DNA from: Perkinsela sp. CCAP 1560/9
Taxonomy: Eukaryota; Protista; Euglenozoa: Kinetoplastea
DNA length: 64,000 nt
Assembly: GCA_965644495.1 (NCBI GenBank)
Contig: CBFFSA010000009.1
Location: 558,001 to 622,000 of the forward strand
Direction of reading: 5' to 3'
Shown: positions 32,001 through 43,423 of the stretch, piece after piece
Layout: every line of letters starts with the position of its first letter
How positions within the stretch are numbered: position 1 is the stretch's first letter
Program-made: the position numbers and the translations under genes
Notes under the pieces: generated by a model
The model's input: the letters and a program-made list of their open reading frames with translations, nothing else
Told to the model about the DNA's origin: nothing
Databases searched by the model: none

Positions 32001-33998
32001 GAAGAGTTTCCGTGCCACCCCTTTTGATCCTTTCACCTCGACGATGCCCCCTTCACATAGCTGACGCGCCACTAGAGACAACAAGATCGGTTGTACCGCA
32101 ACATCCGTGACAGAATACCGCTGAAGCGCCGACAGCACATCCTGAGGCTCCGGAAGCATCGCACATGTAAACTGGGAGGCCCACTCCAGGGGCAGTATAT
32201 TATGTCGGGGACACTTGTGCATATTCGTGTGCACCACCAGGTTTCGCGCGTACGCGAACCCCTCCACCGCCCACTCATGGTACGCCTCCCAGAGCTTCCC
32301 TTCCGTGATGTGTTGCATCTCCGGGAATTTCTTCATCGTAACCCACTCGACCGGGGCACTTGCTGCAGAACTTGACATCGCTCGCAGATACTCCTCCCGG
32401 AACTGCGCATAGGAGTCTAAAAACTCGATCTCATAGGGGTGACACAACGAGCTCGCGAGATACACCCCGGTCTCCTGGAGGGGGAAGTCCTCCGCGTGGG
32501 TCTGTAGCAGTCGGTTCATCCGTCGTGTCGCGCGGTGAAACTGTGCGCTTAATTCCACAATATCCCACAGCACCCGCCCGAGCTGCACGGAGCACGGACG
32601 ACGTTCCACCGTGTCCTCTCTGCATTGGACGCAGTTTGTGGCGTAGCTCACGAAATACGACGTCGGAGTATCGGGGGAATTTATGTGATTTCTGTTTTTT
32701 GTTTCCGCCACAACCCCTGGAGGCTGTCGTGTGCCACAGTGCGAGCAGACCGCGTAGTCGGGATGCGTCCAGCGCTGTTCGAGACCTTGGAAGGCGATCA
32801 GCCGGGTGTCGGATTTTAGAGGGTAGCCATGGGCAAGACGTACGAGAGGGCTGAGGGCTTGCTGTCGGTATAACATCAGAAACGCAGGTTCGAGGTGTTC
32901 AACACGAACGTGGTGGAGCACAAAGGTGAGAGCTTCGGAAAGGGAAGAACCTTCTGGGGCCTCTTCATCAAATAGGGACACATCTCGGTGGTGACGAAGA
33001 AAGGTGAGTTCCGAGAGTTGGGCTACGATCCAGGGAATTTCTCGGTTTTGTAGTGCCGAGGCAAACATATCGGCGCCGTCATCCCCATGCTGCACGTCAG
33101 GGATGAGATCCGGGAGTAGAATCTGAATACGCTCCGGGATGGGTACCAATAGTGCCTCCTCTCCACGTCGTTGGATCTCGAGCTCAGACTGGAGCTGTGC
33201 ACGGGTTGCGACCTTTCCTTTGCTCAACTCCGGATCGTGGGGTAAAAGCAAAGGTTGGAAGAAGGAGCGCACGAGCTGTTCACCCGGAGAGGCGAGCGTG
33301 GCACCTCGATCTGCCCCATGCATGTCAGTTAGACCCAAGTCATCAATAAACATATCCTCATGGTCGCCGGAGACTCGGCCTCCCGTAGGGGCCATGAGAT
33401 CCTCTAGCTCCCGTGCAGCCTCCGCACGGACCAGTCGTTGATCTCGTCGAATTTTGCGCGTGCGGCCGGAGGGCTCGGCTGCGCTTTCCGCCTCACTTGA
33501 GCTGGGGGCCTGGGTAGGGGGACGGTAAAAGACAAAATGGAGAAATCCGGACTTCAACGTGTCATACTGCAGATCGGGATCAATGATTTGATCAATCCAG
33601 TCAAGTGAAGGTGGCTCTGGGTCTTGTAATGTACTCTCGTCGCGGGGGAGATCAGTAGGAAGAGGTACTTCGGCTTCGTATTCTTCTTTGTCGAGAAGCG
33701 CAAGAGTGGTGGATATCAGATCATGATCGGTGGGTACGTGTGCTTCCAACCTTGTCGCCGGTTCGTTGCCGATAATCATTGTGTCGGGAGGACTTTGTCC
33801 AGAATTATTCACCGCAGTCATGCTGTTTCCACTCGCATCGATCGTTGATGTGCCGTTCGATTCGGCTAATTGTTCCGCGGTTAAATCGTTAGATTGAGCG
33901 TCTATTTGGCCAACGGTTTGTTCTTGTACTTCGGAACCTTCAAGTTCAACATGAGGGACTTTAGCTTGGTGCTCCTCAGTATTTTCGAAATCTTGCAT
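29019..33998 (-). CDS. SPT6: Transcription elongation factor SPT6
   Basis: Acidic N-terminus; AIALARRLRSP, QFVSGLGP.K, LDSTRIHPE.Y; S1-like and SH2-like (HPLF) C-terminus. Confidence 0.9.
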   Translation of the reverse strand: MQDFENTEEHQAKVPHVELEGSEVQEQTVGQIDAQSNDLTAEQLAESNGTSTIDASGNSMTAVNNSGQSPPDTMIIGNEPATRLEAHVPTDHDLISTTLALLDKEEYEAEVPLPTDLPRDESTLQDPEPPSLDWIDQIIDPDLQYDTLKSGFLHFVFYRPPTQAPSSSEAESAAEPSGRTRKIRRDQRLVRAEAARELEDLMAPTGGRVSGDHEDMFIDDLGLTDMHGADRGATLASPGEQLVRSFFQPLLLPHDPELSKGKVATRAQLQSELEIQRRGEEALLVPIPERIQILLPDLIPDVQHGDDGADMFASALQNREIPWIVAQLSELTFLRHHRDVSLFDEEAPEGSSLSEALTFVLHHVRVEHLEPAFLMLYRQQALSPLVRLAHGYPLKSDTRLIAFQGLEQRWTHPDYAVCSHCGTRQPPGVVAETKNRNHINSPDTPTSYFVSYATNCVQCREDTVERRPCSVQLGRVLWDIVELSAQFHRATRRMNRLLQTHAEDFPLQETGVYLASSLCHPYEIEFLDSYAQFREEYLRAMSSSAASAPVEWVTMKKFPEMQHITEGKLWEAYHEWAVEGFAYARNLVVHTNMHKCPRHNILPLEWASQFTCAMLPEPQDVLSALQRYSVTDVAVQPILLSLVARQLCEGGIVEVKGSKGVARKLFSRLCKEPEGLLSLLHDPSIHFRFTLSENTWNDLLRLDSFFVAPYDDEISRAWNELRTAIQPALIREIQRHLNTTMRSHLLEIAQWHVMDSVLSRMEAILWERGYHKVTLPPTEKVEAPHLEDTWEYNWESMESLPSSEFSEAFDNPSDYSPRILGVYVPTAHDPVIFAQLSESGLLIRTWRWPSLRGDNPYSIRVKEQQLEELSRYMEEYPPHAIAVGLTPGAHNSSRTTQSVFATLQEFFQSQSTEVIWTPTDLATCYTNSIAADKEFPSLSRQERMAIALARRLRSPMYEMARLCNTQNDILDLTLHEDQHLLPRIDLRRRVDEMLSLWVSATGVSIGELLATGEPESVLQFVSGLGPWKTREFCAALRENPEIATKRRHLQRQFEGETTVGRNAIACIRTYPGGAKIKRRDEEQEEQTDDDAAIDPLHALLDSTRIHPEHYPQVAEILRRIAHPDVTTTDAAVEGISTRFSTTTMTTAPWDLQKALPYIATLAPSQLRSRLRELSPTLSLSTFTAMAPPSPLHGRDLEFVLDELTHLTRRSVHLRSFRKVTQIRFFESMCRVTFQPQDGAVGTNTSNRSNSNNGNDENPNTLSLRATVQGTPSPPPGTVLRQGERVACQVLHISADLIVTQTNRLLPGLIARRHLCAARSFADSPEEDNVAAQALWLEGLAREEPLLRVGDTLEGELLQVNYRRLALTLAWDVRCCENKEALRGATFRAPREEGAENRMRLGPSGGLRGNRDLRRPVRSSRDHSWVPTTIRRNAEARKRAARMFAYKATTHPLFRPHCRSGAEAEAMLQKASGNSSAAAVGQLLVRYSEKNLFVLSFQLSPAHVVHARVSEERTPHGVGYGLVEPDGTRHSFEDVDHVNMEYVSTLCLRFRELQRHPALCCVTRRQEVEKALVAEVREKASVPWRLYCSAGSPLRLAFVALDPGSRRRHFVWYPFCVLKQGWYLLEGGKGTRHATLYHLVARCKLLLRRRVEGRDGGERR

Positions 33999-34448
33999 GA
34001 GTAATTCGTAATTAATCTGCCAAAAAATAGCAAATTGGCCTTTCACAGATGAGGTTGTACTATTGGGAATCACAAATTGTAGTAAACAAAATACTATTAT
34101 TTCTTATGTCAACAGTGATCAGTGATCGATGAAATCGGTAGGTGAGAGAACTTTACCTGTGTACATGCGCAGGTACTCAAATTGCGAGTCGGTGATGCGA
34201 GAGCTCGAAGATTTCAAGCACCACATTGGAGCAAAAGAGTGGAACGGTCATGTAGATCGGAACACTAGTATCATTGACCTTGAAAGCTTACAGCCTACAA
34301 GCATTACATGGAACGCGACGAGCTGGTATAGTAGTGCGCCGAATCAACCAATGCGAGGCGCAAGAGAAAACACAAACATGACACTAGAACATACTAACCG
34401 TTACCGATATTGAGTCAGTAGCTTGCTGTAAGACGTCGTAACATGGTG

Positions 34449-36353
34449 TCACAGCCTGGGAGGACTTCGTCCCGGTTTAGCTACACGTTCCGATATCTCG
34501 CGAGACGCGAACTCTCGGAGCTCGCTTCCCTCCTCTTGACGTACACTCTGCTGACAATGAGGAGCCGGGATACCACTTTCCCTTTGTGCGCCGACACATC
34601 GCTTCATCCCCTCCACAAGTAGTTTTTTGAGCTCCTTTCCCTTTTCCAGATCTGAAAATGTTTTGGGAAAACGCCAAGCCAACCAACAGTATGCCTCAAG
34701 TAGACGATAGCGCCACTCCAGACGCTTAAGGTCTGAATCAATGGCGGCACTCAGAGCGTCGCCTAGCTCTACTTTGTGTGGAGGAGTACAATGGGCCTGT
34801 GCCCACGCGTGCACCAACTGATAGGACTCCCGAGAATTATCACTCAGGGGGACAAAACAAAACAGAATTTTATCGGCCAACGGCAAAGGCACGTCATCGA
34901 GTATGCGTGACATGGGAAGAAGTGAGCGTGAGATATCACACACGTGAAAGTATTTCACTGTCGTGGATTCCCGCACAAACGCCTGAAGCAACTCGGAAAA
35001 TCGAGTGAGTTCTTTACGAAGCGTGGCGTAAATGTGTAAAATATCGACCGTGGGCAACAGCCCAGCGGTGGTTACCGGGGACAAGCGGCTAGCGAATGCG
35101 GCACGAATGACTTCGTTGTCTCTTGAATGAAAGGAAGTGACATATCCCGCATCCGCAAAACTTAGTCCGAAGCGTCCCGCTCTTCCCCCAATCTGTAGCA
35201 CTTGACTTGTGCTGAGTGGGGCCATGGTGCGCCCGTTGTATTTTTGTGTAGTGGAAAATATGATTCGTCGAATGTTCATGTTTAGACCGTAGGCTATAGC
35301 ATCCGTGCTGACAAGAACGTGAAACTTCCCATTTTCCACTCCGGCGTTGTATGCGTCACACTGCGCTTGACGAACATCGAAGGGAAGCCCACCATAAATA
35401 ATGTTCACCACAGCCTCAGGATGTGCGGCCTCAATACGTTGCCTCATTTGAAATACCCCATTACGCGAAAACACGACAATACAGTCCCCACGAGAGAGAT
35501 CTTTAAGATTCGGACTCACGGGATCATGTTCCAAGCGTAAAGGAACCAGACGATTGTGTTGCACAATTTCGAGATTATCCCAATCCCGGGTCGCGTAGAG
35601 TAAATGTTCCACAACATTGAGCGCACGAAACTCGCCACATAAATGTATCTCCCGTGCGGGAAGGCCCAGAAGCGCCCGGGTCCAGGCCCATCCTCTATCC
35701 TTATCCTCGATCAGTTGAATCTCATCAATCACACCAACCTCCACCATCTCATCGATAGGCGTCATCTCCATCGTGCATGAGACATGTTCAGCAAATCCGG
35801 GAAAAACTCTCTCATCCCCGATAAGCAAATCACACGGTGTGACGTCGTTGATTCGACGCCATACTTGTGCAGCCAGCGCTTTCAGCGGGGCGCAGTACAC
35901 TCCGGACTTTGCTTTCGTAAGTCTCTCCAGTGCAGCGTGTGTTTTACCCGAGTTAGTCGGTCCTGCGTGGAAGATCACTTTTCGACGCATTGCGCGAGCT
36001 TTCGGGTACCATCCCCACGGTTCATTCATGTGGACAACAGAAGGCGCTCGCATCGCAAAGTACCATTTCACAAATGTGGCACAGAATAACTCGATTTTCT
36101 CAATGTCGGTTTTGCTTTTTAAGCACTCGATTTCATCTGCCTTCCATTGGTATATCGAAGCAAAATCACGGACTTGACGTAAACACGTCTCAATCGCAGG
36201 TTCATGTAGTTCTTCTTTTAGTCGAGTTCGAATCGTGGAACTGCGGATCGCAAGTTCGTAAAAATATGCCCCTGGATCTCTAAACGGCGTACCGTTGGGA
36301 CTTTTTACCAGAGATCGCAACCCCTTTTGAAGAGCGGTGAAGGATCTCCTCAT
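34449..36353 (-). CDS. SUV3: Mitochondrial RNA helicase SUV3
   Basis: WYPKARAMRRKVIFHAGPTNSGKT, IDEIQ, RGWAWTRALLG, QIGGRAGRF. Confidence 0.96.
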   Translation of the reverse strand: MRRSFTALQKGLRSLVKSPNGTPFRDPGAYFYELAIRSSTIRTRLKEELHEPAIETCLRQVRDFASIYQWKADEIECLKSKTDIEKIELFCATFVKWYFAMRAPSVVHMNEPWGWYPKARAMRRKVIFHAGPTNSGKTHAALERLTKAKSGVYCAPLKALAAQVWRRINDVTPCDLLIGDERVFPGFAEHVSCTMEMTPIDEMVEVGVIDEIQLIEDKDRGWAWTRALLGLPAREIHLCGEFRALNVVEHLLYATRDWDNLEIVQHNRLVPLRLEHDPVSPNLKDLSRGDCIVVFSRNGVFQMRQRIEAAHPEAVVNIIYGGLPFDVRQAQCDAYNAGVENGKFHVLVSTDAIAYGLNMNIRRIIFSTTQKYNGRTMAPLSTSQVLQIGGRAGRFGLSFADAGYVTSFHSRDNEVIRAAFASRLSPVTTAGLLPTVDILHIYATLRKELTRFSELLQAFVRESTTVKYFHVCDISRSLLPMSRILDDVPLPLADKILFCFVPLSDNSRESYQLVHAWAQAHCTPPHKVELGDALSAAIDSDLKRLEWRYRLLEAYCWLAWRFPKTFSDLEKGKELKKLLVEGMKRCVGAQRESGIPAPHCQQSVRQEEGSELREFASREISERVAKPGRSPPRL

Positions 36354-36747
36354 AGGGTATGCTTACCCTCTTTAAACTTGCGAAAGTTTATTCGCACTAT
36401 TTCATGAATAGTAGGATAAAACTACAAAATGTAACGGTCCTTATAGAATTCAGCAGAACTAAACCGTAGTCACGAGTGAAACATGAACATCGAGCACAAG
36501 AGCCCATAATCACCCAAACGTTTTTAATGCACTATACAATTCATACAGGTAAATACGCGGTGCAGGTACATGTGAGGACAAATAAAAAATGAGTACGGGA
36601 TTCCAGTTCGGTACTTGCTTCACTCACTGTATCCTACATTTGGTAGGGGAACCCATTCGTAAAGGACAAAAAAGATTTCGAAAAAGGGAGAGCAGATTGC
36701 GATAAAACGTATTCCCTGTTTTCTACACTTTTCGTGCGTTATCTTTC

Positions 36748-38973
36748 TCACTTCCTATTGGCGGTGATCATCTTAAGCATTTCGACGTGAATTGCCTCCA
36801 ACACGTGCAACCCATGATCTCGATGCACCAAAATCCAGTCCTTTTCCAACCCTCGATAACAAACTACGTTGGGAAATGTCTGTGCAAGCTTTTCAAACTC
36901 CTGGCTAAGAACAGACCCTTGTTGCGTTCGGAAGGAGGCCAACTCGGGATCTCGTGAAATCGAGCTCCTCGGGTCCGAGAAATGCTCATCCACAACGTGG
37001 GGTTCGACGGCAACAAAGAGATACTGCGCCGTGGCGCTGTTTAACGCGCCAAGGACCAGACAGTCTCGCGCTGGGCTGTTCTCCAATAGTTTTTCCTTCT
37101 CCCGCTGTCGCTTTTGTGGGGCCTCACGCCCTGAACGGCGTGCGCGGGATTGTTTTCGGTTTCGTGAGACCAACTCGTTAGTGAGATATTGTCCCAGACA
37201 CCGCAGCGTGGAAGGATTCAGATAATGTACCGGGAGATCCTCCTCCTGTAACAACACATACGAGAACGTCTTCGTAGACTTCATCTCCCCCCGCTGCAGC
37301 AACCGGGTCGCGGTTTGCGCCAAATCTTTATAAAACGCCGCACACTGCGCGACGTGGGTACGTGTCACCGTCGCCCTCTCCGCCTTCATCAACTCCACCG
37401 CCTGAAAAAACGCCACCCGGCGAGCGGCACTCCCCCCTTGTGGGTTACCCCTCCCCGCCCCCTCCTCCCCAGTAACTTGGTTATCGCCCTCCCCCGCATT
37501 CGCCACCACCCCCAGCGCCGCCCGGGCCACATCCCCGGCCCCGTACCCCGTACTGTACCCGGTGTGTTTCCGCACCGAGGGGAACACCAGCCCCCGCCCG
37601 AGCGTCGTCCCGGGGTACCCCGTGCCACTGAGCCCCGCGACCACCTCCTGCCGCCGCCCCGCGGGGAGCTCCCCCCACGGGCCCTTGGCCTCCCGCACGG
37701 TCACCCCGCGCGAGACCAGCAGGTGCTGGACCCGCTCCCGCGCGAGGCTCTCCCCGTGGAGCAGCCCCAGGCGGTGGGCGCTGAACGGGGAGACCGCGAG
37801 GGCCTCCCAGAGCGACCAGTGCGGGAGGAACAGCAGCGGGGTCTCCACGGCGTTCACCAGGCGCGTGCGGTGGTAGGCCACCACGCGGAGGCCCTCGGTG
37901 CCGGGCCCGGGGTCGGGCGCACGGAGACCCCGGGGGGGCTCGGCCTCCCCCGGGGGGGGCACGACGGGGGGGGGCGCCAGCGCCCGGGCATCGGATTTGG
38001 AGAGTTTAAAAACGTTCACGGCGTCCTGGATACGGAGCATCTCGGTGGTGTAGGGGGAGGGGGAGGGGAGACCGAGGGCGGGGTGGTGGTAGGCGGTGAG
38101 GGCGAGGGCACGAAACCAGAGGGTGTCCTCCTCCATGGTGGGACGGAGCTGGCGGGAGATTTCGAACCAGAACAGGGAGGGGGAGGTGTTGGGGAGGGCA
38201 CTGCGGAGGTAGGCCGCGCGGCGGGGGGCGGAGAGGTCCTGGAGGGTGCTCCAGGAAAAGGGGCGGGGTTTTTGGGGGGGCGCCCCCGGTTGCGGTTCGC
38301 TGTCCGAGTCGGTTTCGTCCTCGCTTGAGGAGGAAGTGGAGTCGTCGGAGAAATCAAGGGAGGGATCACTTTTTGCGTGCTTTCTCTGGGTGCTCTCCCC
38401 TTCTTGTGTAGCATCTGAAGTCCGTGTGGAGCGCTGAGATTTTCGTTCATACCTCTGTCGTTTCGATTCCCTTTTTTGTGTGCGCCACGCATCACGGAAG
38501 TAAAGCTCAAGCTCCTGCTGCAAGTTTCCTCCGTCCCACAGGTAGAGACGAGCTGAGGGGTGTAATAACGTGGAAAGGGCCACTGAGCCAACGCTATCCA
38601 TAACATGGACATGAAATCTGTGTAAAGCAGGCAGAAGCGCCGTAAGATCCAATGTTGCGCCACAATTCAACAATATGAGCTGGACGGATTCTTCCTCAGG
38701 TTCGTCCGCTCTAGATGAATTCTTCTCACCCTCGTCGACTTGAAAATCAGAGTGGGACGAAATCACCGCATGCACGTCATCACGGGTGTAGACTACGTGA
38801 AGTTCAAAAGCAATGCTATCGGCCTCAAAGCATTTTTGTAACAGACACCACGTAGCCGCAGTGTCAACGGAAAGTAAGCAAAATATGTGAACTGGAGTGG
38901 AGGAACTTCGGTACGCTTGCCGGATACGATCGTATGCCGTTAAATATGCCTCAGGCGGAACAAACACGACCAT
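36748..38973 (-). CDS. CDC45: Replication initiation factor CDC45
   Basis: SVDTAA, LLNCGATLDL, HVMDS, acidic loop, HWSLWEAL. Confidence 0.85.
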   Translation of the reverse strand: MVVFVPPEAYLTAYDRIRQAYRSSSTPVHIFCLLSVDTAATWCLLQKCFEADSIAFELHVVYTRDDVHAVISSHSDFQVDEGEKNSSRADEPEEESVQLILLNCGATLDLTALLPALHRFHVHVMDSVGSVALSTLLHPSARLYLWDGGNLQQELELYFRDAWRTQKRESKRQRYERKSQRSTRTSDATQEGESTQRKHAKSDPSLDFSDDSTSSSSEDETDSDSEPQPGAPPQKPRPFSWSTLQDLSAPRRAAYLRSALPNTSPSLFWFEISRQLRPTMEEDTLWFRALALTAYHHPALGLPSPSPYTTEMLRIQDAVNVFKLSKSDARALAPPPVVPPPGEAEPPRGLRAPDPGPGTEGLRVVAYHRTRLVNAVETPLLFLPHWSLWEALAVSPFSAHRLGLLHGESLARERVQHLLVSRGVTVREAKGPWGELPAGRRQEVVAGLSGTGYPGTTLGRGLVFPSVRKHTGYSTGYGAGDVARAALGVVANAGEGDNQVTGEEGAGRGNPQGGSAARRVAFFQAVELMKAERATVTRTHVAQCAAFYKDLAQTATRLLQRGEMKSTKTFSYVLLQEEDLPVHYLNPSTLRCLGQYLTNELVSRNRKQSRARRSGREAPQKRQREKEKLLENSPARDCLVLGALNSATAQYLFVAVEPHVVDEHFSDPRSSISRDPELASFRTQQGSVLSQEFEKLAQTFPNVVCYRGLEKDWILVHRDHGLHVLEAIHVEMLKMITANRK

Positions 38974-41207
38974 ACAGTGACATGAAGTGAAGAGAGGATA
39001 AAGCTATAGGGGACCACAGTTAAAATGCACTTTGTGCTAAAGTGTGATCTGGTTCGTTCTAAGGTCGCAATGCTATAGTAGATCATACATGTATAGATGT
39101 ATTATTAATTTTTTTAATAATTATTATTAATAATTTTTATTAAAAAGAAAGAGTCAATTACTAATAATAGTAAGCACTACTCCAGCCTACACTACTGTAA
39201 TATTAATAATTATTAATAATTTTGCATTTTAGTTTTTTGGTCCGCGTTATTACCATCGGTGAGATCAAACAAGATCAAATAAAGTGGAAGCACGTCGCAT
39301 GTACGTAATACGTAAGAGACAGTAAAGAATTCTGAAGTATGTAGGTCTTCATAGACATCCGTGAAGTCCATGAAGTCTTCATGTATAAACTGCCAAACTT
39401 AAATGGAGTGACACGCTGACATGATCATTCAGAGCTGCATTCTCCTTTTTAAAACTAGACCTTTAATATCTATTTTTTTAGGATACATTTCGACTGCATT
39501 TATTAAAAAATTATTTTGAAAATATGCAAACTTGGTTCAATCTGACGAGGTTTACGCGACGCAGCTAACAAGCAGGGGTCGGAATAACTTTATATAGTTT
39601 ATATATAGGTAAAAAAAAAATAAAGGTACTATGAAGTACCTATACTACCTTTAAAGCTTTATGTACCTATAATTTTAGAGGTCGACTTTTTGTGCAATTT
39701 GGGTGAAGAATCTGTGCAGTCTGGGTGCTCGGGTCGCGGAGAGTAGGTCTTGTTGGAGGGAATGGTTTTTCTGATTACCTAAAATACATAGGAAACAACA
39801 ACTTGCACAGGTATACAGTCAGTAACAATATTTTCAACAGCATTTCGAACGGGCAGTGCGTTCGATGAATCATTCATCCAACGGGCACTGCTGCACGAAT
39901 TTTTTGTTTCGATTTTTTTTGAGGAATTCGAACATTACCCCATCTCGGTTACATGTCGGGAGGCAAGGCCCAACTGTGAGCGAAGCCCAAGTAGGCAAGC
40001 AAGGCCCCCGTTTGCGAGCAAGGCCCAAATGTGAGCGTAGCCCTGGGACATAATTATAATTTTTGGCGACCCGCGCACTGAGGACCTGTGTCTGCCACTT
40101 CCGCAGGATTGTGTATTTGTTTTCCTATACTGCGACACCTAGTTTACGTGTCTGGAGGCAAGACCCAACTGTGAGCGTAGCCCTGGGATATAATTGTATT
40201 TTTTGGCGACCCGCGCGCTCCAGCGCACGGGTCGCGCACTGAGGACCTGTGTCTGCCACTTCCGCAGGATTGTGTATTTGTAGGTTATGATTTTATATTT
40301 GTAAACTTATGAAGCAAGAGTTTTAAGAATCCTTCTGCTTTTTGATAACTTTTCGGATTTCTTTGTGTCTTATGGATCAAGGTAGCAGCCAGGAGCATGA
40401 TGCAGACCGAAACGAGCGAATGTTCGCCCGATTTATGGCTCTCCTGGAAACTGCTACTTACGAGCGGCCGCCTACTGGGCTGCGTGAATTACCTCCTCCC
40501 CAACAAGAACAACTCGATTTCTCTATTTTGCGCAGACGACCTGTTCCTGTCCCGCTTTTACCTGTGTTTCTCATTGGCGGAGTATTACAGATATTCCACA
40601 AGGACGGATGCAACAAGGACTGGTGCAGAAGACTGGATGCGGAATCATGATTTGTTTTTCCCACCTATTTGTCCTTCGCACGGGATGCACTTTATGTCCG
40701 ACGTTCCAGGGAAACCAAATCTAAGTATGTGTGGGCATCGAGAACCCGGCAAGGTGAACCGTTGCCGATTGAAAGTTTGTAAGTGGTCACCATTTATTTC
40801 TCCCCGTACGCAACTTACTCCCGGGCAAGTCGTGCTCGTATGGACAGACATTGCGAACAACATGTGCACGGGTCAGATAACGCGTAATCGTGGACTTGAT
40901 CGCAAGGTGGTTCAGGATCTCTTGCACACTCTTGCGGATGCAGCGCTCCGTAACGAAACCATGTCTCATTATGAATTCAGTCGAGTGCAGGTCGATGAGA
41001 CCTTCATCGGGAAACGGAAGTATAATCGGGACCGTAGACAGCGGAAAAGGGGATGGTGGTTCGCAACTGTCACGGAGTCTCGTTGGGGGCTTACAATGGT
41101 TTGGACAAAGTTTGTCGTCACTACTCCGTGAATCATAGTAAGGAGTTTGTGAACGAGAACGGGTATCATACTAATGGTGCTGGGAGTGTCCACAACACCA
41201 TTAAGTA

Positions 41208-42543
41208 CTGTGACCCCCCCCCTTTAATATGCACACGTTTTTGGAGTTTGTGCATAATAAAGGCCGCATAATGAAGCGGCGCCGATTTTTTTCTTTCATA
41301 TTATTTTCCATGTGCCCCCCCTTTTATTAGGGCCTTTTGCCCAAAATCGGAGTCCTATTAAATAGGGGGGGATAGTAGTTACTAATGTAACTGATTCATA
41401 GGATACTATAATATTATTTCGATTGTTGAACGCCCATAGTAGAATATGCCTGGAGAAGCACTCCGAGGACTTACACGACACCGAGTAAAAACCACAGGAA
41501 TTTGTGTTGACCACCTTCGGTTGCGGGCATCCGATCTGTGCTAGCGTATATCCTTGTATCTCACCGTTTACGAACATCGCCGTTTCGTCCCCGAAAAAAG
41601 CAAAACGATATTTCCGAACAGCATTCGGAAGGTAAAATTTTTGCGCCCACTGTGATATCCTATGTTCCACGTCTGCCGGAGACAGGCACTGTATCCTTCC
41701 CCACCTTCTCCAAACCCACCCATAATGCTTCCGAAAGCGTGCATATGTGTCTTTCAATGCTGAAACCGAAGTCAACTTCGTGTTTTGGCGTATTAGATCG
41801 ATTACAATGGATTTGGTCAAGGGACACCACAAGGAAGATGCCTTTTCACAAGCACTATGAACTTCACACATTGCCTCTGCCTTATTGTACGTGACAGACT
41901 CCGGGTCGTTGTAATCACCTCCTTTGGTGTTAAACCCTCTGTTACGATACTGGTTCCCCATATCTCGATTTATTAATTTTTGATAATTCAATATCCCAGT
42001 CGCACGGATGTCGTACACTGTTCTCTGAGATATCCCGTACTTTTCTCGAATAGCCTTCACCGAATCCTGGGATCGACAAATCTCGCGTTTGTCGTAAATT
42101 GTGAGTTCAACTCGCTGCCGCTTTTTTTCGTTTACCGTTGGAGGTGCATTCGTTTGTAGAACAGGTGCCCGTTCCCCTACCTGGGGGGAGGGTGGCGCTG
42201 ACCGAGCCCAACTCGACAGCGGACCTTTTATCATATGCACGGTTGTCGGTACACCGTCCGTGTGCGGCATGTGTTGACGAAGAGAAACAGAAAGAGCAGA
42301 TAGAGAAAGCTAAAAAGTCTACAGTATTGAGTAACTTAATGTTGGAAGTTGGTAGCCTAAGTGACTTTCCAAACAGAATAAAAAAAGAAAAAATCAAATC
42401 GGTCCCACCACACGAACTTTCTTCAGCTTCAATTTTGTGCATATTAAAGGGGGGGTCCCACGACACAAATTTTCTTCAGCCTCAATTTTGTGCATATTAA
42501 AGGGGGGTAAGGGGGGGGTGCATATTAAAGGGGGGGGTCACAG
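41208..42543 (-). mobile_element. pogo/Tigger-like element
   Basis: TIR CTGTGACCCCCCCCTTTAATATGCAC; TA TSD at 41206-41207 and 42544-42545. Confidence 0.9.
41296..42270 (-). pseudogene. pogo transposase, C-terminally truncated
   Basis: psq/CENP-B HTH (LTIYDKREI...KYGISQRTVYDI), RFRKHY, GDETAMF. Confidence 0.78.
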
Positions 42544-43423
42544 TATTGGGTAAGACTCCAACACTATAATTTTGGGGCAACAACGTTGGAGTTGCAACGA
42601 AACGTCGCGCTCCAGTGTGTAAAGTATGGGGATACCCATAATGGCCGCGAGCAGTCTTGGCAGAGTCGCTTTGTGAATATAATGAAGTGTATTAAAGACA
42701 ACTACGGTTTTCCCATTCCCGAAGAATTTGAGGAACTCAGTTCCGATAGTTGCGCATCAGACTACGAGGGATGACGCTTTTTATAATATTTGTTCATACG
42801 CAGTCTTTTTTTTTTGTGTATTACTTATTTTGCTGGGACTCAGGGCTCAACCTGACTGGATAAAAAAAACAAGAAAAAATAAAAAAAAATTGTTTTGGGC
42901 GCAAGAATACCATGTAAGCAAGGTTTAATCCTTCAAGGCATAAAGATGCTGTTTCTGTACGTGTCCTCACGATCCCTATTACTGCGCGCAAGGGCTATAA
43001 CCTTTTCCAACGGTAATTCAGTCTCGCTTACAATAAAAAACCTAGCTCCGTTCGTCGAGCTTTTTTTACAAAAGAAATTGCGTTTTTATTCATCGAACAT
43101 GGCATCCTGTTCGATGAATGATTCATCGAACGGGTCGTACTGCAATCCGTTCATCGAACAGAATGTCCTGTTCGATGAATATTCATCGAACGCACTGTCC
43201 GTTCGATGAATATTCATCAAGTGCCCCCCCTCCCCCAAGGTTTTTACTAATAAGACTGGACGAATTTAGCTCGACTTTCTGTATCAATCCGAGCGACTAG
43301 GCATTGAAAAATTTCTACGAAATTTCTACGATTCCAGTGCAAATCATTGACAAAAAAATATAGGTAGACAAAGGTAGGGAAAAATAAATATATAGTTACC
43401 TTAAAGTACCTATAATTTCTTTT

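Larger units (their letters stand above)
40372..42774 (+). pseudogene. Merlin transposase relic (frameshifts, internal deletion, pogo insertion)
   Basis: VQVDETFIGKRKYNR, VNHSKEFV..GYHTN; rejoins as HNTIKY|WVRLQHYNFG. Confidence 0.88.
39845..43229 (+). mobile_element. Merlin family 2 element, copy A (ends approximate)
   Basis: Inverted CGAACGG.CAGTGCGTTCGATGAAT sub-terminal repeats; transposase relic inside. Confidence 0.6.

Noticed and set aside
37315-38328. Long antisense or overlapping ORFs (also 7306-8034, 45816-46667, 10639-11436)
   Set aside because: By-products of GC-rich, stop-poor tracts opposite real genes; no recognisable domains.
39960-40280. CRISPR-like array
   Set aside because: An irregular tandem duplication also found at 57795-57935; no unique spacers and no cas genes.
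42941-42960. SL-like AAAGATGCTGTTTCTGTAC (also near 57770, and reversed near 24055)
   Set aside because: These lack the CTTGTTG end; the first two are homologous positions within a Merlin family; probably chance.
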